From an uncultured Planctomycetaceae bacterium (GTDB lineage: Bacteria; Planctomycetota; Planctomycetia; Pirellulales; Thermoguttaceae), in NCBI GenBank assembly GCA_964539525.1, contig CAZIJJ010000017.1, positions 8,701 through 72,700 of the forward strand: DNA of 64,000 nucleotides, read 5' to 3'. This document shows positions 59,401-64,000 of the stretch, one piece after another (position 1 is the stretch's first letter; each line of letters begins with the position of its first letter). The position numbers and the translations under genes were made by a program. Below the pieces are notes generated by a model. It did no database searches, had not been told where the DNA came from, and saw only the letters and a program-made list of their open reading frames with translations.

Positions 59401-61821
59401 GCGGTTTCGAAGACGGCGACGCTCGTTTGGAACGACGTCGAAGGCGAAACGTCGTATCTCGTCCAAAGTTCGACGGACGGCGGCAAAACCTGGAGGGAGC
59501 TGCCGAGTCTCGACGCGGACGTTACGTCGCGGCGTTGCGCGGCGTTGGTTCCGGGCAACACTTACGTTTACCGCGTCGCCGCCGCGAACGATCGCGGAGC
59601 GTCCGAATGGGCGGAACTCGTTTTCAATGCGCCGGAAGTCGAGCCGGAACCGCAGGCGCCGGCGGCTCCGACGAATATCGTTTTCGGAACTTACGATCCG
59701 GTTTCGCACTCGCTCCCGATGAGTTGGACCGACGCTTCGGACGACGAAACGTCGTTCGTCGTGATGTACAGCGTCGACGGAGGCGAAAACTGGCTCGCCG
59801 CCGCGACGATGAACGCCAACGTTACGGAACGCGTCGCGACCCGCGTTTGGGCGAACAACAGCTACCTGTTCAAAGTCTGCGCTCGCAACGAATACGGCGA
59901 TTCCGAATGGGCTTGCGCGTCCTTCAGCGCCGCCGACGACGTGATGACGCCGCCGTCCTTCTCGACCGCCGCGCCCGCGCCGGACGCGCCGATTACCGCC
60001 GTTCTTAAGTCCGAAAACGCGAACGCGTCCTTCCAATGGAGCCGCGTCGCGGACGACGGAACCGAAACCCTGATCGAAGGCGCGACGGAGGCCGAGTACC
60101 TGCCGACCGCCGCCGACGTCGGGTTCCGCCTGAAAGTCGTCGCGACGAGCGCCAACCCCGCCTATTCCTCGACCGCTTTCGCCGTCAGCGAAGTCGTTCT
60201 CGAAACGGCGCGCTTCCAACCGGCCGCGCCGTCGAACCTCGTTTTCAGCGATTACGACCCGGCGACGCAGCTGATGACGATGACCTGGAAAGACAATTCG
60301 ATCAACGAAACGTACTTCCAGATCGAATACCGCAAGGACACCGGAGGCACCGCCGGAACGTGGCGCCCCAGCTCCGAGTTGGGCGAAAATCCGCTGACGG
60401 TCGGCCGCGACGTCGAAAGCCGCGTTTGCAACCGCGTCAACGATTTCACGCGCTACGACTTCCGCGTTCGCGCCGTTTACGAATACGTCGACGACGACGG
60501 CGCGACGCAAACGATCGCGTCCGAATGGGCCGAGGCGACGTTCCAGGTCGCTCGAGACGTCGTTTCGAGCGTCGAACTGTCGACCGACGCGCCGCAAGTC
60601 GGCGTCGAAATCGCCGCGTCTATTCCGGATCACGTCGTCGACCAAACCCAAGGCGGCAAGCAGGTTTCCGTCGAAGCGACGTTCCAATGGTACCGCGTCG
60701 TCGAGGGCGTCGCGACCGCGATCGAAGGCGCGACGGGCGCGACTTACGTTCCGACGATCGACGACGTCGGCTGCCAACTCCGCGCGGTTGCGACGAGCGC
60801 CAACGCCGCTTACGTCAGCTCCGCCGCCGCGACGACCGCCGAGATCGTCGGCGAAACGGCCGACTCGCGCCCGGTTCCGCCGTGCGACGTCGTCTTCGGC
60901 AAATACGATCCGGAAACGAAAACGCTTGAAATGAGCTGGACGAACAATTCCGAGATCGCGACGCGGATCGTCGTCGAATATTACCGCGCTTACTCCGACG
61001 AATGGATCGTTTCGGGCATCCTGGACGGCGACGCGACCGGCCGCGTCGCGACGCGGATTAACGCCGACTCGCTTTATCAATTCCGCGTGAAGGCGATCGT
61101 CGGCATGGGCGACGCCGCGCTCGAATCGGTTTACGCGACCGCGTCGTTCGACGCTCGCCGAGACGTCCTCGAAGGCGCGTCCTTCACCTGCGACGTTCCG
61201 GTCGTCGGCGAGGCGACGCGGGCCGAGCTCGACGGCGCTCGCAACGAGGCGACGTTCCAATGGTTCCGCGTCGACGCCGACGGAAAAGCGACCGCGATCG
61301 AAGGCGCGACCGACGCCGCTTACGTTCCGACCGCTTCCGACGTCGGGTTCCGCCTGAAAGTCGTCGCGACGTGCGCCAACCCGGCTTACGAATCGCAGAT
61401 TTCGGCGTTTACGGAAGTCGTCGTCGCGACCCCGAGCGTTCCGAACGCTCCGGCGAACGTCGCGTTCGGCGAATACGACGCCGCGACGAAGCGCGTCGAA
61501 TTGACGTGGGTCGACGCGTCGAACAACGAAACCGGGTTTTACGTCGAGTACAGCGTCGACGGCGGCAAAACCTGGCGCGCTTCCGAGACGATGGACGCGA
61601 ACGAAACGTCGCGTTCCGCCTGGGGCTTGAAGACCGGAACGACGTATCAATTCCGCGTCGCGGCGTTCAACTCGGCGGGCGTTTCGGAATGGACGGTCGC
61701 GTCGTTCGACGTTCCGGCTCCGGCCGCGAGCGCCGCCGTTCTCGAAACGGCGTTCGAAGACGAAGATCTTGTCGACGGTCTGCTCGACGAGCTGAACGAC
61801 TTCTTCGCGACGCTCGACTGA
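56473..61821 (+). CDS. giant extracellular protein: right-handed beta-helix (choice-of-anchor-Q-like) + 7 fibronectin type III + 4 Ig-like modules
   Basis: 1782 aa from ATG 56473 (AAGGAG at 56458..56463). N-terminal RRLATETLEDRRLLAV. GGAIAN/GGAIAD/GAAIY beta-helix turns end in SADLGAYEFQG. FN3 units look like TATLTWTDNADDETGYLVQSSTDGGATWKSL..YMYRIAATNAFGTSEW. Ig-like units look like FQWFRV..AIEGATGATYVPT..DVG..LKVVAT. Confidence 0.88.
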   Translation: MSNLFRNFKSESPKSGLRAPKPRRLATETLEDRRLLAVSPEILTALNGYESFGEYAADSVSTIEIAGEDLTLDALNAAIAQAASTPGDDAILIVGGGTLTFQPGDEAISIDLDAATQGELTIVGYGGTFEINANGVDRAFSIKGGAVKLGSIAITGGFADFGGAIANAGDLWLEDALLTGNSASSGGAIADKGWISVENSQFLSNEATENGAAIYRGDFEFAQEEDAVPEAIGTIEDVAAGFGETVQIDLSGYFNEGDWTYSVKLPQKLSAALAAAPTVEGSVLTLQFLAKADYALDLNLSDVKLAVTASNAAGASADSNAFNVALTDRCSSRLTAVLTTMNCDDAEEAYKVRRKGFGADAVPESDATESKAPLAVQIWAEDFSAAAGLALEGNVGFTFVLRLKNADLDFDELKEQGSDYTYFDAFFGVYDGADKFSKELGETDYLFAIGYDANEGHGTQLAATLLAHLPLIPTGKGNVEVSIEAPFDTRDPAVYRQFNGAAAEVDLSQVDYVGAAIAGSSSATLEAVSNAEVDADALRAAVLRDVVIAGNVSAGQGAIYVAADSSAALLVNATVVDNDVAGAAFVSAANGSRVVDSIFFGNGLAVSGVALENVLSDDGADGAIAYDASKPLFADADGGDYSLAKNSQAIDKATGKRGSAEIDAAGNSRVSGASADLGAYEFQGTAPVAPSDLEMTNYKGSNKTATLTWTDNADDETGYLVQSSTDGGATWKSLTTLAADSTSRVCGGLNPGSTYMYRIAATNAFGTSEWVEIAFEAPTVPSAPTGLVLSQYDASAGTLVMKWNDVADNEAFYVAVSLVGSENVETHKLAADATGVKFTSVSPNKSYVFRVYASNAAGDSEFVEATFNASTDVLTGLTFSTDAPKVGEELAITVAPTTAAVAIQWFRVVGGEEVAIDGATGATYVPTDADLGATLKVVATGLNAAYASSVFATSGVVEEGLSVPATPTGLAMTNYDAVSKTATLVWNDVEGETSYLVQSSTDGGKTWRELPSLDADVTSRRCAALVPGNTYVYRVAAANDRGASEWAELVFNAPEVEPEPQAPAAPTNIVFGTYDPVSHSLPMSWTDASDDETSFVVMYSVDGGENWLAAATMNANVTERVATRVWANNSYLFKVCARNEYGDSEWACASFSAADDVMTPPSFSTAAPAPDAPITAVLKSENANASFQWSRVADDGTETLIEGATEAEYLPTAADVGFRLKVVATSANPAYSSTAFAVSEVVLETARFQPAAPSNLVFSDYDPATQLMTMTWKDNSINETYFQIEYRKDTGGTAGTWRPSSELGENPLTVGRDVESRVCNRVNDFTRYDFRVRAVYEYVDDDGATQTIASEWAEATFQVARDVVSSVELSTDAPQVGVEIAASIPDHVVDQTQGGKQVSVEATFQWYRVVEGVATAIEGATGATYVPTIDDVGCQLRAVATSANAAYVSSAAATTAEIVGETADSRPVPPCDVVFGKYDPETKTLEMSWTNNSEIATRIVVEYYRAYSDEWIVSGILDGDATGRVATRINADSLYQFRVKAIVGMGDAALESVYATASFDARRDVLEGASFTCDVPVVGEATRAELDGARNEATFQWFRVDADGKATAIEGATDAAYVPTASDVGFRLKVVATCANPAYESQISAFTEVVVATPSVPNAPANVAFGEYDAATKRVELTWVDASNNETGFYVEYSVDGGKTWRASETMDANETSRSAWGLKTGTTYQFRVAAFNSAGVSEWTVASFDVPAPAASAAVLETAFEDEDLVDGLLDELNDFFATLD

Positions 61822-61889
61822 GACGTTAAATTGCGAGATCGCGGCGGTTTCGGATGCGGAGCCGCCGTCGGTTCGCCGCGTTGAGACGT

Positions 61890-61934
61890 AAAAAAACGCC
61901 GTTCGAATTTCGGTTCGAGCGGCGTTTTTGTTTT
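61890..61934. terminator. bidirectional intrinsic terminator between the giant gene and nagB
   Basis: A7-ACGCCGTTCGAA-TTTCGG-TTCGAGCGGCGT-TTTTGTTTT. The stem is 12 bp with one G-U pair. Confidence 0.85.
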
Positions 61935-61951
61935 GGCGATTGATTTGCGGC

Positions 61952-63847
61952 TTAGAAAATATATTCGCCGTTCCAGCGGACGAACGCTTCCATCGCGAAG
62001 AATTCCGGGAGCCCGACGCGGTTGTAAGCGTCGGCGGTCGCGAGGTTTCGGTCTTCGGCGCGTTGCCAAAATTCGCGAGCGTCGGAGCCCGGGAAGAGGG
62101 CGGCGTCTTTTTGCGACTCGTGTCGGAAGATCGCGGCGCGTTTTTTGTCGGAGTCTTCCGGCGAGAGCGGAACGGCGATCTCGATTTGGTCGAGCGGCCA
62201 TTCCTGCCAGGCGCCGCGGTACAGGAGCGTTTCCGGGATCGCGCGGCCTTCGGCCTCCATCTCTTTGAGGACGGAGAAGATCACCTGAGCGCAAACGCGG
62301 TGCGTGCCGTGCGGGTCGGAGAGGTCGCCGGCGACGTAAAGTTGCTCCGGTTCGAGCTCTTCGAGGAGTTCGCGAACGATGCGGCGGTCGTCGTCGGACG
62401 GCGGGCGTTTCTCGACGGCGCCGGTTTCGTAAAACGGCAGATTCAGGAAGTGAACGCGGTCTTCCGGGACGCCGCAAACAAGGTCGGCGGCGCGGGCTTC
62501 GCTCCAGCGGATGAGCCGTTTGATGAGGAGAACTTCCGGCGAGTCGACTTCGCCCGGCTTTTTGCGGCGCAACGACTCGGCGACTTTTTCTTCGAGAATC
62601 GGCGTCATTTGCGAGTCGACGCCGAATTCGCGGTTGATTTCGGTCATGAGGTCGGCGAAACGGCGCGCGTCGTGGTCGAAAACGGCGATGTTGCCGCTCG
62701 TCATGTACGCCATGTGGAGTTCGTGCCCGTCGTCGACGAGGCGGATCATCGTGCCGCCCATGCTGATGACGTCGTCGTCCGGGTGCGGGCTGAACGCGAG
62801 AATCCGCTTTTTACGCGTCCCGGAGGGGTGCGGTTCGATCGTGCTCATCATCCAGTGGAAGACGCTCGTCGCGGCTTTGGAGGCCGGCCCGCGAGCGCGC
62901 AAAAGCGAGTGCAGCCCGTGGGCGCGGAAGTCGGCGTCGGTCAATTTCAGGAGCGACTTGCCCGATTTTTCGCAGAGCCAGAGTACGGCGCGTTTCGTCA
63001 TGGAGTCGGTCCATTCGACCGAGCGCGCCGTCCACGGCGTCGCGACGTCTCGAAGCGCGGCGGCGGCGCTTTTGTCGACGATGAACGAAACGTCCGGGTG
63101 AGCGCGGAGCCAACCGGCGGGCGTCGCGTCGGAGAGCGGTTCTTCGATAGCGCGGCGGATCACCGACGCTTTGCCGTCGCCGAACGCGAGAACGACGATC
63201 TTGCGCGCTTCCATGATCGTGCCGAAACCGATCGTCAGGCCGTGCGTCGGGACGTTCGCTTCGCCGAAGAACGTCGACGCGGCGGCGGTTCGCGTTTGCG
63301 GTTCGAGCATCGCGAGTCGGGTGCGGCTTTTTTTCGACGTGTACGGTTCGTTGAAGCCGACGGCGCCGTTTCCGGCGACCCCGAGAAGAAGCACGTCGAG
63401 CCCGCCGGCCGCCGCGATTTCCTCTTCGTATTGTCGGCAGTACGCGTCGACGTTCGCCGCCGCGACGGTGGAGTCGAGGCAATGGACGTTCGCCGGGTCG
63501 AGATTGACTTTTTTAACGAAATTTTCGTTCAGCCAAAGGCGCAGGCTTTGCAGGCGTTCGCGGTCGAGCCCGAAATATTCGTTGACCGTGAAGACGGAAA
63601 CGCGCGAAAAATCGAGGCCGTTTTCCTCGTGCAGGCGAACGAGTTCCTGATAAACGCCGATCGGGCTCGAACCGGCGACGAGGCCGAGCGTCGCGGAACG
63701 CCCGAGCGAGTTGCGTTCGCGAATGATTCCGGCGATTTGTTGCGCGACGTGGCGGCAGGCGTCGCCGCTGGCGTCGAAAACGTAGGTCGGCGCCTCGACG
63801 TCGCGAACCGGAAGCGCGACGCGCGGGGAGGCGGTTAAATTTTGCAT
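61952..63847 (-). CDS. nagB: long-form glucosamine-6-phosphate deaminase (NagB domain fused to a LmbE/PIG-L deacetylase-like domain)
   Basis: 631 aa. N-terminal LGLVAGSSPIGVYQELVRLHEENGLDFSRVSVFTVNEY and GVAGNGAVGFNEP (NagB). C-terminal ILAFSPHPDDDVISMGGTMIRL and SDPHGTHR (LmbE-type metal site). Confidence 0.88.
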   Translation of the reverse strand: MQNLTASPRVALPVRDVEAPTYVFDASGDACRHVAQQIAGIIRERNSLGRSATLGLVAGSSPIGVYQELVRLHEENGLDFSRVSVFTVNEYFGLDRERLQSLRLWLNENFVKKVNLDPANVHCLDSTVAAANVDAYCRQYEEEIAAAGGLDVLLLGVAGNGAVGFNEPYTSKKSRTRLAMLEPQTRTAAASTFFGEANVPTHGLTIGFGTIMEARKIVVLAFGDGKASVIRRAIEEPLSDATPAGWLRAHPDVSFIVDKSAAAALRDVATPWTARSVEWTDSMTKRAVLWLCEKSGKSLLKLTDADFRAHGLHSLLRARGPASKAATSVFHWMMSTIEPHPSGTRKKRILAFSPHPDDDVISMGGTMIRLVDDGHELHMAYMTSGNIAVFDHDARRFADLMTEINREFGVDSQMTPILEEKVAESLRRKKPGEVDSPEVLLIKRLIRWSEARAADLVCGVPEDRVHFLNLPFYETGAVEKRPPSDDDRRIVRELLEELEPEQLYVAGDLSDPHGTHRVCAQVIFSVLKEMEAEGRAIPETLLYRGAWQEWPLDQIEIAVPLSPEDSDKKRAAIFRHESQKDAALFPGSDAREFWQRAEDRNLATADAYNRVGLPEFFAMEAFVRWNGEYIF

Positions 63848-64000
63848 CTCGTTTCTCCGTCTTGAAACTTTTGGGTTGGCGTCGCCCGTTTTTTTGTTAA
63901 AATAGTAAAGTTAACGGGAACGCGCGAAGGGCGTTTTCGTTCGCGACGCGTCGCCGGGCTCCGCCGGGAAAACGGGAGGACGGCGCGGAAAGAACGAATA

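Noticed and set aside
56449-61650. 1733-aa minus-strand ORF opposite the giant beta-helix/FN3 gene
   Set aside because: The same codon-coincident antisense frame effect applies (56446 and 56449 are both 1 mod 3). The product is Arg-rich junk, and the plus-strand product has repeated FN3/Ig modules and an SD-preceded ATG.
7688-63838. Other long antisense or overlapping ORFs: 7688..9382-, 10880..12691+, 12874..15036+, 17097..19346-, 21222..22625-, 39259..40872+, 41180..42730-, 61928..63838+ and many shorter ones
   Set aside because: Each overlaps a gene with strong family motifs on the other strand or in another frame. All translate to Arg/Pro/Gly/Ser-rich strings typical of off-frame GC-rich DNA.

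Overview
This is a 64-kb GC-rich and CpG-rich chromosomal segment. Its gene content suggests Planctomycetota (inference): a DUF1559 pseudopilin, DUF1573, a prenyltransferase-repeat/DUF4159 protein, a 1616-aa secretin, and a giant beta-helix/FN3 protein with an N-terminal ETLEDRRLLA motif. I support 41 protein-coding genes. One is partial at the left edge and missing from the ORF track, and about 10 have starts re-set downstream of the track start. I also support one TPP riboswitch, about 10 intrinsic terminators, several sigma70-like promoter elements and five in-frame tandem repeats. I saw no rRNA, tRNA, CRISPR array, transposase, integrase or phage gene, so the window looks like core chromosome rather than a mobile island. 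Housekeeping content: ffh-rpsP-trmD-rplS (no rimM), nth, tatD, rnhA, an IMPase, uvrD/pcrA, thiE plus thi4, rubrerythrin and csrA. The most interesting items are: (1) a ParA/MinD-type ATPase with a coiled-coil N-terminal extension, translationally coupled (ATGA overlap) to an uncharacterised 228-aa protein inside a sugar-kinase/HAD/DHS-like gene cluster; (2) an orphan 1616-aa secretin with at least 6 N-domain repeats and a Lys/Thr-rich repeat tail, next to a lipoprotein and a BON protein; (3) a 1782-aa beta-helix + 7xFN3 + 4xIg-like protein with no hydrophobic signal peptide; (4) an NtrC-like AAA+ regulator with degenerate GAFTGA and Walker B motifs; (5) a long-tailed CsrA; (6) a TPP riboswitch in front of a Cys-less Thi4; (7) a recurrent TATAAT-AAGGG promoter island and several perfect palindromes in long leaders. 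The very long antisense ORFs (up to 1733 aa) are codon-bias shadows, not genes. All calls come from reading the sequence and translations, with no searches run. Small-motif coordinates were hand-indexed and calibrated against ORF-track start and stop codons.
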